Notes: a model not told the origin generated them from the sequence alone. Shown: positions 29,443 through 39,548, numbered from the stretch's first letter. The stretch is 63,607 nt of DNA from Candidatus Bathyarchaeia archaeon (GCA_049969855.1 JBMFOB010000006.1:1-63607); one strand, 5' to 3'. Translations and numbers: made by a program.

Positions 29443-30732
29443 ATGTTTGAAGATTACACTTCAAAAACTCCAAAATCTAAAGCCCTCTACGAACGGGCAA
29501 AAAGGGTTCTTCCAGCAGGAGTTTCATACGCCATAAGATATTTTGAGCCATACCCGTTTTATGTTGCCAAAGCAAAAGGAAGCAAACTTTACGACGTTGA
29601 CGGAAACAGTTACATCGACTTTTGGCTTGGACACACAGCGCTCATACTTGGTCACAGCCCGCCAGCCGTGGTTAAAGCGGTTAAAAGGCAAATGGAGAAT
29701 GGCACACATTACGGAACAGCGCATGAACAAGAAATAGCCTTGGCAGAACAAGTTACAAGAATGATTCCAACCGCAAAAATGGTTCGCTTCACCAACTCGG
29801 GAACAGAAGCAAACATGTACGCCATACGCTTGGCGAGAGCATATACGGGAAGAAACAAAATTGCAAAGTTCGAGGGAGGATGGCATGGAGGCTACGATGC
29901 ACTTCACGTGGCTGTCAAACCACCATTTAACATTCCCGAATCTGCCGGTCTAACGCCAGGAGCGCTTCAAGACACCATAATTTTGCCATTCAACAACATT
30001 GAAGGAGTGAGAGAGAAACTGAAAAATGAAGAGGTTGCCGCCATTTTAATTGAACCAGTCCTCGGCGTTGGCGGAGGCGTTTTCGCAGAAAAAGAATTCT
30101 TAAAAGAGCTTAGGGAATTCTGCGACGAAAAGGGAACATTGCTTATTGTAGACGAAGTAATTACCGGATTCCGTTTAGCCCCAGGCGGAGTTCAACAATA
30201 TTTTGGCGTAAAACCAGACATGACGATTCTTGGAAAAATTTTGGGAGGAGGCTTCCCAATAGGCGCTTTCTGCGGACCAACAGAAATAATGGAAAGAGTG
30301 GATACGCTTCGTTATCAGAGACCCCAATACTCCTTCCATGGCGGAACCTTCGCTGCAAACCCAATAACAATGACAGCCGGATTAGCAACACTGAAAATTT
30401 TAGAAGACGGCAGACTAATAAATAGGCTGAACAGGCTTGGAGACAAAATAAGGGAAAAGTTAAGGGAAATTTTCGAAGCAAAAGGCATAGACGTGCAAGT
30501 TGCAGGGACAGGCTCCATATTTAACGTTCACTTCACAAAAGAAGAGTTAAAAGACGCTAATGTCGTTTTTAGGGCTGACAGAAAGAAACTTGCAGACTAC
30601 CACTCAAAATTGATTACAAATGGCGTGTTCTTTCTTCCAACCCACAATGGCACATTAAGCACTGCTCACACCAAAGACGACATAGAAAAACTTTTTTCAG
30701 AAACCGAAAATTACGCTAAGAGCATCGCATAA
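29443..30732 (+). CDS. Glutamate-1-semialdehyde aminomutase-like class III aminotransferase
   Basis: NSGTEA, FEGGWHG, DEVITGFR, GKILGGGFPIG, GTFAANP. Confidence 0.85.
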   Translation: MFEDYTSKTPKSKALYERAKRVLPAGVSYAIRYFEPYPFYVAKAKGSKLYDVDGNSYIDFWLGHTALILGHSPPAVVKAVKRQMENGTHYGTAHEQEIALAEQVTRMIPTAKMVRFTNSGTEANMYAIRLARAYTGRNKIAKFEGGWHGGYDALHVAVKPPFNIPESAGLTPGALQDTIILPFNNIEGVREKLKNEEVAAILIEPVLGVGGGVFAEKEFLKELREFCDEKGTLLIVDEVITGFRLAPGGVQQYFGVKPDMTILGKILGGGFPIGAFCGPTEIMERVDTLRYQRPQYSFHGGTFAANPITMTAGLATLKILEDGRLINRLNRLGDKIREKLREIFEAKGIDVQVAGTGSIFNVHFTKEELKDANVVFRADRKKLADYHSKLITNGVFFLPTHNGTLSTAHTKDDIEKLFSETENYAKSIA

Positions 30733-30749
30733 AAATGATCGTTATCCCA

Positions 30750-31379
30750 TTAAATTTTATTTTCTTTATCTCTAAGCATTGCTTCAGCCTTCCTCAAATC
30801 CATAGGCGTATTCACATTGAAAAAACTCTTGAGCTCCGGGTCTAACTGCCGCAGAACAAGTGTTGAAACGTAGCGGACTCCCCTAAGCTTATCCACCATT
30901 GATTGCATGTTCATTTTTCCTTCACTCAAAGCCTTTTTAGCAGCTTCTAAGGCTGGTTTTGTGCAGTAAACCGCTTGTAAGGGTTCTATGTAACCGTTTG
31001 GCCATCTTGGAATAACAGCGTTTTTGTTTGGGCATAAATCAAGCAGAAGTGAAAGAATATCCTTAGAAATCAAAGGTGTGTCGCATGGAAGGAGAAGCGC
31101 ATACTCGTTCAATGCTTCTTTAAAGCCCTTTAAGGCGCCAACCAAGGGACTTTGCACATTGTCATCGTCAACGAAAATTTTAACTTTTGAACCGACAACC
31201 CTTGCGTAGTTTTCAGCTTGAGCTTCGGAGCTGACGACAACTATTTTTTCATCCACAATCCTGCTAATGGCATTTAAAACGTGTTCTATGAGCGGCTTAT
31301 TTGCCAAAGGCAACAATCCTTTATCTTGTCCGAATCTTCTTGAAAATCCGCCAGCAAGGATTACTGCTGATCTTTCCAA
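30750..31379 (-). CDS. mobA: Molybdenum cofactor guanylyltransferase
   Basis: ILAGGFSRRFGQDK, PCDTP, EPLQAVY, FFNVNTP. Confidence 0.9.
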   Translation of the reverse strand: MERSAVILAGGFSRRFGQDKGLLPLANKPLIEHVLNAISRIVDEKIVVVSSEAQAENYARVVGSKVKIFVDDDNVQSPLVGALKGFKEALNEYALLLPCDTPLISKDILSLLLDLCPNKNAVIPRWPNGYIEPLQAVYCTKPALEAAKKALSEGKMNMQSMVDKLRGVRYVSTLVLRQLDPELKSFFNVNTPMDLRKAEAMLRDKENKI

Positions 31380-31517
31380 TAATGGCTTTTCTCCAGTTTT
31401 TACTCGTAGTGGAATGTCTTCTATTCTATAAGTTTTATGCGTGAAATATTACGAAAATGGAATACAACCTATTACTTAATTCACGAAAATAATCATCAAG
31501 GAAGGTCGGAGACATCC

Positions 31518-31637
31518 ATGAATTCAGAGATTAAAGAATTGAACTGCATAATATGCAAACAATGCGACGAAAAAGACTACGAAAAATGCAAAAACTGCAA
31601 AGTCTACCAACTGATAAACAGAATAGCAACCCAATAA
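31518..31637 (+). CDS. Tiny Cys-rich protein
   Basis: CIICKQC...CKNC; RBS-like GGAG upstream. Confidence 0.45.
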   Translation: MNSEIKELNCIICKQCDEKDYEKCKNCKVYQLINRIATQ

Positions 31638-31641
31638 AAAA

Positions 31642-32418
31642 TTATGGCATAGTGTCTATTTTATCCGCTATCGCATCCAAAATTTTCGTGAGCGGATGCT
31701 CAGGTCTTTCATGAACAAAAACAATGTTTCCCTCAGCTCTCAAAACATCACAAAAGCAGGGTATAACCCCTAAAAGCGGAGCGCCATACATCTCCTGGAA
31801 TTTTGCTTGAATCTCATCTCTTCTTGACTTTGAAGAAACATCCAAAAGAGCCTTGTTTAAGACTATCTCAGTTTTTTTCTCGAATAAGTCGTAAAGTTCG
31901 CTAAGCATACGTTTTGTTCCCTCTACATCTGACCTGTCAAGGGTTGTTGCCACAATAACTAAATCAGCGCCTACGATTGCATTTATGGATGAATATTGCA
32001 GTCCAGGGCTTGTGTCAAAAATCAAGTAGTCAAAACCCCTCTCGCTTAGAAGAGAATTTCTAAGAGTCAAAAGTCTTCCCAGAGCACGCATTTCCCATTT
32101 TCTATCCTTAGCAGAAATGTCCCTTATGGCTTCGGTTGCCGGATTGGCTAAACCCACAAAAAGTTCACCTTTATTTTGAAATCTTTCGCTTAAATTTACC
32201 AAAACCTTCTCTATACCGCAAGTGCCGTTCAAATAATCGTTAAGCCAGCCCTCTGCCTTCTCAATTTTGAGAATTGTGGCGAGGCTTGGGGCTCTAAAGT
32301 CAAGATCTAACAAGCACACTTTTTTGCCACGTTTAACAAGGGTTACGGCTAGGTTCAGGGAAAGGAGGGTTTTCCCAGTTCCACCTTTATAGGAATGAAC
32401 AGCTACTATCTTACCCAA
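31642..32418 (-). CDS. MinD/ParA family ATPase
   Basis: SYKGGTGKT deviant Walker A, LDLD, FDTSPG. Confidence 0.88.
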   Translation of the reverse strand: MGKIVAVHSYKGGTGKTLLSLNLAVTLVKRGKKVCLLDLDFRAPSLATILKIEKAEGWLNDYLNGTCGIEKVLVNLSERFQNKGELFVGLANPATEAIRDISAKDRKWEMRALGRLLTLRNSLLSERGFDYLIFDTSPGLQYSSINAIVGADLVIVATTLDRSDVEGTKRMLSELYDLFEKKTEIVLNKALLDVSSKSRRDEIQAKFQEMYGAPLLGVIPCFCDVLRAEGNIVFVHERPEHPLTKILDAIADKIDTMP

Positions 32419-32424
32419 AGTTTA

Positions 32425-32799
32425 TCACCCTTGACTTTCCCTATCTACATAGAAATAGGCTTTTCTTCCCTTCCTTTCCTTCTTCAAATATCCCATAATA
32501 ACAAGCTGGTTTAGGTAAGCGCTTTCAACAGCCCTAGCCCTATGTGTTTGTTGGGCAATTTCCTCCGCCGTAGCTCTGCCAAGTCTACAAACTGTCATGG
32601 CTGTCTTTCTAAGGTGGTCTGGCATGGAAAGCAAGGTCATAACATCAAGCGGCGCTTCTGGGAGCATTTGGGCGTCTTTTTTTGTGTGCTTCTGAAGTTC
32701 AATCATGACTTCTATCTTCTCGTTTAGCTTCTCAAGATTTTCTCTAATTTTCTCCAAGATCTGAAGGGGTTTTTTCCCAAAAACTTCTTGTTTAGCCAC
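32425..32799 (-). CDS. Coiled-coil plus winged-helix DNA-binding protein
   Basis: ATAEEIAQQTHRARAVESAYLNQL...GRKAYF. Confidence 0.75.
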   Translation of the reverse strand: MAKQEVFGKKPLQILEKIRENLEKLNEKIEVMIELQKHTKKDAQMLPEAPLDVMTLLSMPDHLRKTAMTVCRLGRATAEEIAQQTHRARAVESAYLNQLVIMGYLKKERKGRKAYFYVDRESQG

Positions 32800-33128
32800 T
32801 AAAGTCCCCTTTTTAGTGTTTTACTTGTGTACAGTAGTTTTAAGAAAGCAGCATTTATTAAGTCTTACGAAACATTTATAATGATTCACAAAATAAACAC
32901 AGACTACTTAGAATAAACACTATTTTTAACCCAAAAAACGCCAGAAAACACAATAAATAATAGTATAAAGACGAACAATGCCGCCGCATATCCTGAAGCA
33001 AAAACTGCCATTTGCTCAAACATTTTAATCGTTAAACTTAGATTAAGTTATAGAATAAAAGACGTGCTTCGTTCTGAAAAATATTACCGAATAGGAAGTT
33101 CAGCTCTTTTAAAAAGTTATGGGATTAT

Positions 33129-33425
33129 TTAGTATGGCACTGGCATTCTGTTTCTGGCTTCTTCCACTATTGGCAGAACCTGTTTGAGTTCCCTAAAGTA
33201 TTTGAGTACAGTTATGCCCCTCTGGGTTATGGCATAAACGACTCTTCGCTTTCCGATGGTTCTTTCTTCCACCAAATTCTGTTTTATCAGAAATTCTAAA
33301 TATTCCTTTAAAACGCTGCAGTTAACATTAGCCTTATACATTATATGCGTCAGCTTCAATGGACCACGGTGAGCTAACACTTTAAGAATGTCTATATACA
33401 TTTCAAGTTTGGAACGTCTCATCAT
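33129..33425 (-). CDS. Winged-helix regulator (HTH_45 / ArnR1-like)
   Basis: RRSKLE...DIL...THIMYKANVN...YAITQRG. Confidence 0.85.
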   Translation of the reverse strand: MMRRSKLEMYIDILKVLAHRGPLKLTHIMYKANVNCSVLKEYLEFLIKQNLVEERTIGKRRVVYAITQRGITVLKYFRELKQVLPIVEEARNRMPVPY

Positions 33426-33508
33426 CCAAACCTCTTGGCGATATTTTCAACCTCTTTATATAAAGCTTTTATGGATTCAAACTATGTCTTTTTCCTATTT
33501 ACTCTGCG

Positions 33509-33691
33509 TTAGTAGCTCCTTTTCCTCTGCGCTTTTATTAACACGTTTATTCTATTTTGAAAGGCTGTGACCATGTCATCTAGCAATATTTTTTGCAATT
33601 CTGCTGAAAGCCCCTTAATGTTTTCCTTGAGAACCTTAGCCATTTTAACTTCCAAATCTCTTCTCTGTTTTAATGTTAAATTTTGCGTCAA
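33509..33691 (-). CDS. Small hypothetical protein
   Basis: 60-aa ORF with GGAGG RBS before a TTG start. Confidence 0.55.
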   Translation of the reverse strand: MTQNLTLKQRRDLEVKMAKVLKENIKGLSAELQKILLDDMVTAFQNRINVLIKAQRKRSY

Positions 33692-33957
33692 AGGTTTTCC
33701 TCCACATTAACGCAACAGAAATAGTCCTCAGCTATTTAACTAACTTATGAATAGAAAATCTGAATTTAAAATTCACATTCGCTCATGCCTTGATTCTATT
33801 TGTGGTAAAAGAACGTTTTTATTTTTGGTTTTGCCTTTTATTTTTGCCGGATGATGAGAAGGCATTAGCTTGACGTATGGATGAAATCTCAGAGTTACTC
33901 GGACGGCAATTAACATTTTATAATCATGTAATTCATAAAGAAAGGTTTGGTGGTTAT

Positions 33958-34413
33958 GTGTCGAAGAAGCGTGAGTTTGATTTGGCTTTTCTAGAATCTG
34001 AGCTTAAGGGTAAAACATTACTTGTTTATTGGTACATGCTTAGGGCTGAAGGTTCTAAAGTGGGCGTTCGTGAAGTTCAGCGGAAACTTGGTTTTTCAAG
34101 TCCAAGCGTGGCAGTTTACCATCTGGATAAGTTGGAGTCTTTGGGGCTTGTGGAGAAAACTGCGACTGGAGAATATGTTTTAACCAGCCAAGTTAAGACT
34201 GGTTTACTGCGTTTCTTCACAAGGTTTGGACGTTTCCTAGTTCCGCGTTACTTGTTTTATTCAGTTTGGTTCACTACTATGCTGATAAGTTACATTGTTT
34301 TTTATGGACAAAGTTTCTGCATACATAACATTGCCGCGTTGATTTTTGGCTTTGCTGCTTCATGCGTTTTGTGGGTTGAAACCTTGCGGTTGTGGAGGGA
34401 AAAGCCCTTTTGA
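33958..34413 (+). CDS. Membrane-anchored winged-helix transcription regulator
   Basis: GVREVQRKLGFSSPSVAVYHLDKL plus two C-terminal TM segments; the ORF is open from 33877. Confidence 0.75.
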   Translation: MSKKREFDLAFLESELKGKTLLVYWYMLRAEGSKVGVREVQRKLGFSSPSVAVYHLDKLESLGLVEKTATGEYVLTSQVKTGLLRFFTRFGRFLVPRYLFYSVWFTTMLISYIVFYGQSFCIHNIAALIFGFAASCVLWVETLRLWREKPF

Positions 34414-34455
34414 CGTCTGTTCTAAAGTGTAGAATTAAAAGAGTTTAAATCGAAT

Positions 34456-34731
34456 ATGTTGGTGAGAAAGATGAAAAGAACTCTGTTCCTAATGGCTTCG
34501 GCGGTCCTCTGCGGAATCCTAGCTATGTTTCTGCCCTTATACATTTGGCATCAAGCTAATTTTCCAGATAAACCAGCGACTTTAAGCAACTTAAGAGAAG
34601 AAGTTCCAGAGTACTATAAAGCTAATTGGGGGCTTCTTGAACCTGCTCCGATTACGCCTTTATACGCTGCCTTAGCGATTAGTTTTGCAATTTCACTTGT
34701 TGCCTATGCTTTCTTTAAGAGGCGCCTTTAG
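34456..34731 (+). CDS. Small 2-TM membrane protein
   Basis: Two hydrophobic segments. Confidence 0.55.
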   Translation: MLVRKMKRTLFLMASAVLCGILAMFLPLYIWHQANFPDKPATLSNLREEVPEYYKANWGLLEPAPITPLYAALAISFAISLVAYAFFKRRL

Positions 34732-34735
34732 GATT

Positions 34736-34753
34736 TGTTCTATTAATAGAACA
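34736..34753. promoter_or_regulatory. Perfect 18-bp palindrome TGTTCTATTAATAGAACA; candidate operator
   Basis: Intergenic; related sites at 34418-34435 and about 34757. Confidence 0.5.
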
Positions 34754-34803
34754 CTTTGTTCAAATGTGTAGCATTATAGAAAAGAATTTCCAAATAACTT
34801 CTG

Positions 34804-35505
34804 GTGAAAAATTTGCGGATAAAGAAAAAAGAAATAGTTTTAGCAGCGGGATTATGCCTGTTCATAACAGGCTTTGCCGTATACTCAAACATAAAGAACA
34901 CTGAAAAATATTATCCAGCTGGAAACTTGGCGGCTAGGACGCTTTCTGAAACTTATGGACTTTCCTCAAACACGGAGAGCCAACAGTACTCTAAAGTGGT
35001 TTCCGAAACTATTGAGGGTGAACTGGATAGGGGAGCATTCGAAAAAGTTGTGAGCACACTTGAAATTTTAACGGAGAATGTGGGTGGTTATGTAAAATCG
35101 CTTTACATGACGTACAGGGATGAAGTTTGGAGCGGCACAATGATCAGCAAAGTTCCAACAGCAAACGTTACAACCTTCACATTTGCCGCAAGGGAAATAA
35201 TTGACGCTAACGGCACAGTTACCTACATAAACATCAGCGTAGAAAGCGTAAACGCATCGCAACTCGGCGAAGAAGGCAAGTATTCGACTATTACTTTCAA
35301 TTTGATGGAAGTTAAGCTGAAAAGCGAAGATGGAATTATAGCAGCAATATCGCCTATTCTGCCAATATTAACTACAAGTCTCGTGTTGGTTGCCCAAGGA
35401 TTAATAATTGGCGTACCATTGTGCTTCGCATCCCTCGGCATAATTCTACTCGTTAATAGAGGAATAATCCCTTTATGGCGAAGTATGCTGAAAAAGCCAA
35501 AATAA
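34804..35505 (+). CDS. DUF4349-like membrane-anchored protein
   Basis: N-terminal TM, GGYV...KVP...YSTI, C-terminal TM. Confidence 0.6.
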   Translation: MKNLRIKKKEIVLAAGLCLFITGFAVYSNIKNTEKYYPAGNLAARTLSETYGLSSNTESQQYSKVVSETIEGELDRGAFEKVVSTLEILTENVGGYVKSLYMTYRDEVWSGTMISKVPTANVTTFTFAAREIIDANGTVTYINISVESVNASQLGEEGKYSTITFNLMEVKLKSEDGIIAAISPILPILTTSLVLVAQGLIIGVPLCFASLGIILLVNRGIIPLWRSMLKKPK

Positions 35506-35534
35506 CCTTGCCAAGCATAGGGAAAGGTTTTGCA

Positions 35535-36035
35535 ATGCATAAGTGGAAAAAGCTGATGATTTTCGCCACCATAATCTATTTGACATCATTTTTCACTCCA
35601 TGGATTTGGCAACAGTACAGTTTCATAACTATAATGCATCCTGATATTTATCCGCCGCCCTCCGTTCCAAGAGAAGGTTGGTTTTGGTCTTTTATGGCTG
35701 TTATCTGCACAACATGGAGTGGTAACAAGGTTTTGCTGTTTTCAGGTTATTGGTTTAATGCAAATGAGCCTCATTATCAAGGATGGCTTGGAGTTTTCAC
35801 ATTTCAAATTTTAACATTATCCATAGCTTTAATTACAATCCTTCGAAAAACTGGCGATAAAAAGCTAAGTGCAGCAGTAACGGCGCTTTTATCCATTGTA
35901 CCGCCAATTTTGTGTTTTTATCAGCACTCCTTGCAATTGACTTATTATGTTGTAACTTCTCAATTTTTTGTAGGCTTTTGGCTTTCCATAATTTCTTCCA
36001 TTGCCTTTTTTGTTTCATCCAAGTTTGTTAACTGA
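35535..36035 (+). CDS. Integral membrane protein (about 4 TM segments)
   Basis: Hydrophobic segments. Confidence 0.55.
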   Translation: MHKWKKLMIFATIIYLTSFFTPWIWQQYSFITIMHPDIYPPPSVPREGWFWSFMAVICTTWSGNKVLLFSGYWFNANEPHYQGWLGVFTFQILTLSIALITILRKTGDKKLSAAVTALLSIVPPILCFYQHSLQLTYYVVTSQFFVGFWLSIISSIAFFVSSKFVN

Positions 36036-37224
36036 TGGTTAATGCTTCCAAGTCTCTCGGGTAATAGGTGATTATTTCTGCGCCATCTTCAGTTATTAAA
36101 ACAGTGTCTGAATGCCTAAAACCTGCAAATCCAGTTTCGTATATGCCTGGTTCGCAGCTTACAACCATGCCAGCCCTTAAAGGCTCCTCATTACCTATGT
36201 CCAGCCATGGGGGTTCATGTCCCTCCAAGCCTAATCCATGTCCACTGTGGTGCAGCACCAAATGGGATAAACCAGCCTTTTTGAACACGTTTACTGTTGC
36301 CTTGTCAATTTCGCTGCACTTTACTCCAGCCTTAAAAGTTTTGAAGGCAGCCTCTTGGGCTTTAACCATAACGTTAAAGTAGCGTTTCTGTTTTGGCGTT
36401 GGTTTTCCAACAATCATTGTTCGCTCCAATTCGCAACTGTAGCCGCCTATGTCTGCGCCTGCGCCCGTAACAACTACATCGCCTTTCCTAATCATGCGTT
36501 TTGTGGCAATTGAATGAGGTATGGCGCTCATTTCACCAATCTGGCCTCTAAAACCGACACTTACTGGAGTGCTTTCGCGCAGCGGCTCATATTCTGGTCC
36601 AAGCGCTTTTTTCGTTATCGCGGATGCTTCATGGGTAGCCGCCAACGCAATTTCAACATCCCACAAGCCTTCACTCGTATACTCTTGGAGTAAACTGTGG
36701 GCGAGATTTGCCCATTTGGCGCTTTCTCTTATTAGGGCTATTTCCTCTTCAGACTTTATGAGGCGCATGGAAGGAACCAAATCCTTCATGTCCACAAACT
36801 TAGCTTCAGGCAACTTTTTCGTTATTGGCGAACCTTTATAACCCCATATGGCGGCTGCTCCAGCTTTGTTGTCTATGCCTATGCGTTTCTTCGCCAAACC
36901 CATCTCTTTTAGGAAATCTGCAAAATAGTCTATTGGGTGTTTTTCGCCTGGATAATCCAAATAAGTCTTCACTTCTTCGATAATTCTCGTCTTCAATGGA
37001 ACATGGTCCTTCTCGAGCAATGGTCCTAGGAATGTGATTTTGCCGTCGGTTGGTATGATTAGGGCTGCTGGGCGTTCTGTTGCCAAAAAAGAGTAACCAG
37101 TTAGGTAGAATATGCTTGTCGTGCTTGTTAAGTATAAGGCGTCAAGCTTCCGTCTAACTAAAACTTTTCTCACATGCGTTATTCGGCGTTTATATTCTGC
37201 ATCGCTTATGGAAAACTTTACCAT
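36028..37224 (-). CDS. Xaa-Pro peptidase (M24 family)
   Basis: RLIKSEEE, IPH, HSGHGLGLEGHEPP, EPGIY, GFRHSD. Confidence 0.9.
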   Translation of the reverse strand: MVKFSISDAEYKRRITHVRKVLVRRKLDALYLTSTTSIFYLTGYSFLATERPAALIIPTDGKITFLGPLLEKDHVPLKTRIIEEVKTYLDYPGEKHPIDYFADFLKEMGLAKKRIGIDNKAGAAAIWGYKGSPITKKLPEAKFVDMKDLVPSMRLIKSEEEIALIRESAKWANLAHSLLQEYTSEGLWDVEIALAATHEASAITKKALGPEYEPLRESTPVSVGFRGQIGEMSAIPHSIATKRMIRKGDVVVTGAGADIGGYSCELERTMIVGKPTPKQKRYFNVMVKAQEAAFKTFKAGVKCSEIDKATVNVFKKAGLSHLVLHHSGHGLGLEGHEPPWLDIGNEEPLRAGMVVSCEPGIYETGFAGFRHSDTVLITEDGAEIITYYPRDLEALTIS

Positions 37225-37272
37225 TTCACCACCTTGAAAGTTCAGTTATGATGGCAATTGCATAAATGTTTT

Positions 37273-38052
37273 TCACTGCTTCCATGCTTTTCTGGCGAAT
37301 GTAATATAGCCCGTATGCCCAGTCATCAAAGTTTGCGGTCTTGTTTTGCCGCGTTCAACCTGCATTCCACGCATTAAGCATTCAACCGTTTCCGGATCCA
37401 CGAAACCGTTCTCTTTTAGGGCTTCAGCGGTTTTGACTACTTGGTCTATTGTTGGGCTGAAGGAGACTATTGTTCCGCAAGGTTTTAGGGCATTGTAAGC
37501 GTGGGGAACTACAAGCCATGGAGTTGCCAAATCCAAAATGACTGCGTCTACGTCACTTTCGTCTATTCCAGCAGTAACATCCTTATTTTTCAGTTCCACA
37601 AAATCAATTAAGCCTGCACGCCGTAGATTTTTCTCTGCTGTTTTCTGAAATTCTCCTCTGATTTCGTAACTGTAAACCTTGCCTTGTGGCTTAACATAAT
37701 GGGCTAAGGCTGTTGTTAAAGCGCCTGTGCCAGTTCCAGCCTCAACAACATGGCTTCCGGGTCCTATTCCGCTGAACATTACTATTAGGGCTATGTCTTT
37801 CGGGTAGGTTATCTGGGTTTTCCGCACGGATTTCATTATGAAATCGCATAAGAGAGGCTTTAAGGCTTTGAATTCATAGCCTAAATTGCTCAAAACCGTA
37901 GCGCCATATTCTTTTCCAATTAAATCATCAAATTTTATGAATCCCTTGTGGGTGTGGAAGCTTTTTCCAGCCTCCGCTTTAACAAGGTAGGTTTTTCTTT
38001 GGCTTAGGTATAGGAGTATGTAGTCGCCTTCCATTATTTTCTGGTTTGACAA
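37273..38052 (-). CDS. trmI: tRNA (adenine-N1)-methyltransferase
   Basis: TQITYPKD, VEAGTGTGALT, LDLATPW, GHTGY. Confidence 0.92.
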   Translation of the reverse strand: MSNQKIMEGDYILLYLSQRKTYLVKAEAGKSFHTHKGFIKFDDLIGKEYGATVLSNLGYEFKALKPLLCDFIMKSVRKTQITYPKDIALIVMFSGIGPGSHVVEAGTGTGALTTALAHYVKPQGKVYSYEIRGEFQKTAEKNLRRAGLIDFVELKNKDVTAGIDESDVDAVILDLATPWLVVPHAYNALKPCGTIVSFSPTIDQVVKTAEALKENGFVDPETVECLMRGMQVERGKTRPQTLMTGHTGYITFARKAWKQ

Positions 38053-38060
38053 TGTGGTCC

Positions 38061-39548
38061 CTATGGCGTGTACTTGAAGGGATGCTTCGAACGGTCTTTA
38101 TTTTCTATTAATTCATCCATGCTCGGTCTGCCTTCTATGGCTTTGCGGATGGCGTGGCGCATAGCCTTATAATTGTTTATGTAAACCCTTTGCCTATCCA
38201 CGGCTGTGGGGTGAACGAAAACATTTGCTATAATGATTATGTCTTCCGCAGCTTCTCTTGGAATTGTGCCATCGGCGACGCTGTCGACTACTGCTTTTGC
38301 TACTGCGGTTTGGGCTGGTCCATAAACCATGCTGGCTTGGCGCATGCTGGTAATCGTAACTGTTGGAACTATGAGGGTTACGGGTTTAACTGTCAAGTTG
38401 GGTTCTAAAATTGCCAACAAAGGCTCATGTCCAGGCGTAGGTGCAGCCTTAGCCTTTGCAAAAGCCTCGCCAACAGGACCATCACTTTTTCCTATGATTA
38501 GGTCTATGTGGGCAACTTCTGCGCCTTGTCCAGCCAATGCTTCGCCAACACGTAATTTGAAGTCTCTTATGGTTTCTGGTGTTATGTTTATAGCCGTGAA
38601 ACGTTCTTCTATTGGCTTTTCTTCGATTTCAAACTTTATTGGTTTTGGTGTTATTTTGCCGATTTTTTCTAAGTCTAGGCGAAGTTCTTCTCTTGCTTCG
38701 TAGGTTAATTCTCCGCCAACGCTAAGCGGCTTTCTGACTGGTCCAACTTTTATTTTCATCATGTTTAATGCTTCTTTTGTGCCTACAGCTCCGCTTCCAG
38801 CTATTATTCTGGCTATCTTCTGCACTTTATATTGGAGTTCTCGGGCTTTTTGCAACTCGCCATTTTTCACGTGATTGTAAATTTGAACCCAAATGTCTGG
38901 TATCACATTAGCGCTGGCAAGAATAGCGCCAGAGCATCCAGCGGCTAATGCTGCTACGACAACTTCGTCGTGTCCGCATAAAACCTTAATTTTGTCTCTG
39001 ACTTTCTCTAGAACCGCTAAAATGAAGCTTAATTGCCCGCTACTGTCTTTTAAGCCCACAATGTTTGGGATTTGCGCCAAGTCTTCAACCATCTGCCAAG
39101 GCAATGGCAAACCAGTGCATTGCGGAATGTTATAGAGGATTATGGGCATGTCAACCTTGCTTGCAATCGTGTCATAATGCTCATAAATTCCACGGTCTGC
39201 AGGCTTCAAATAGAAGGGCGTAACAATTAAAGCAGCATCACAACCCACGTCCTTCGCATATTTTGTCATCTCCAAAGCTTGGTCTGTCCCACTTGCGCCC
39301 GTCCCAGCGATGACTGGAACTCGTCCATTAACCTCGTCAACAACAATTTTAATGACACTTTTCTTTTCCTCAGTTGTCAAATTAACAAATTCGCCAGTGG
39401 TGCCACATGGAACAACCCCGTTAACTCCCAACTCAATGCAACGATTAACCAAAACGCGAAGCCTTTCCGCATCAACAGCTTTTCCGTCGTCCGTGAAAGG
39501 CGTAACCAGGGCGGGTAATATTCCTTCAGGCTTAAACATTCTTTGCAT
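38061..39548 (-). CDS. DapA-family aldolase fused to a formaldehyde-activating enzyme (Fae) domain
   Basis: N-terminal GTTGE, YNIP, GLKDS (DapA family). C-terminal VGEAL..GAEVAHIDLIIG...GH.PLLA...GPAQ.AVAKAVVDSV...VFVHP...NY (Fae). Confidence 0.9.
   Translation of the reverse strand: MQRMFKPEGILPALVTPFTDDGKAVDAERLRVLVNRCIELGVNGVVPCGTTGEFVNLTTEEKKSVIKIVVDEVNGRVPVIAGTGASGTDQALEMTKYAKDVGCDAALIVTPFYLKPADRGIYEHYDTIASKVDMPIILYNIPQCTGLPLPWQMVEDLAQIPNIVGLKDSSGQLSFILAVLEKVRDKIKVLCGHDEVVVAALAAGCSGAILASANVIPDIWVQIYNHVKNGELQKARELQYKVQKIARIIAGSGAVGTKEALNMMKIKVGPVRKPLSVGGELTYEAREELRLDLEKIGKITPKPIKFEIEEKPIEERFTAINITPETIRDFKLRVGEALAGQGAEVAHIDLIIGKSDGPVGEAFAKAKAAPTPGHEPLLAILEPNLTVKPVTLIVPTVTITSMRQASMVYGPAQTAVAKAVVDSVADGTIPREAAEDIIIIANVFVHPTAVDRQRVYINNYKAMRHAIRKAIEGRPSMDELIENKDRSKHPFKYTP

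Noticed and set aside
29443-30732. Assigning the symbol hemL
   Set aside because: The family is clear, but there are no tetrapyrrole genes alongside and it follows a racemase, so the substrate is uncertain.
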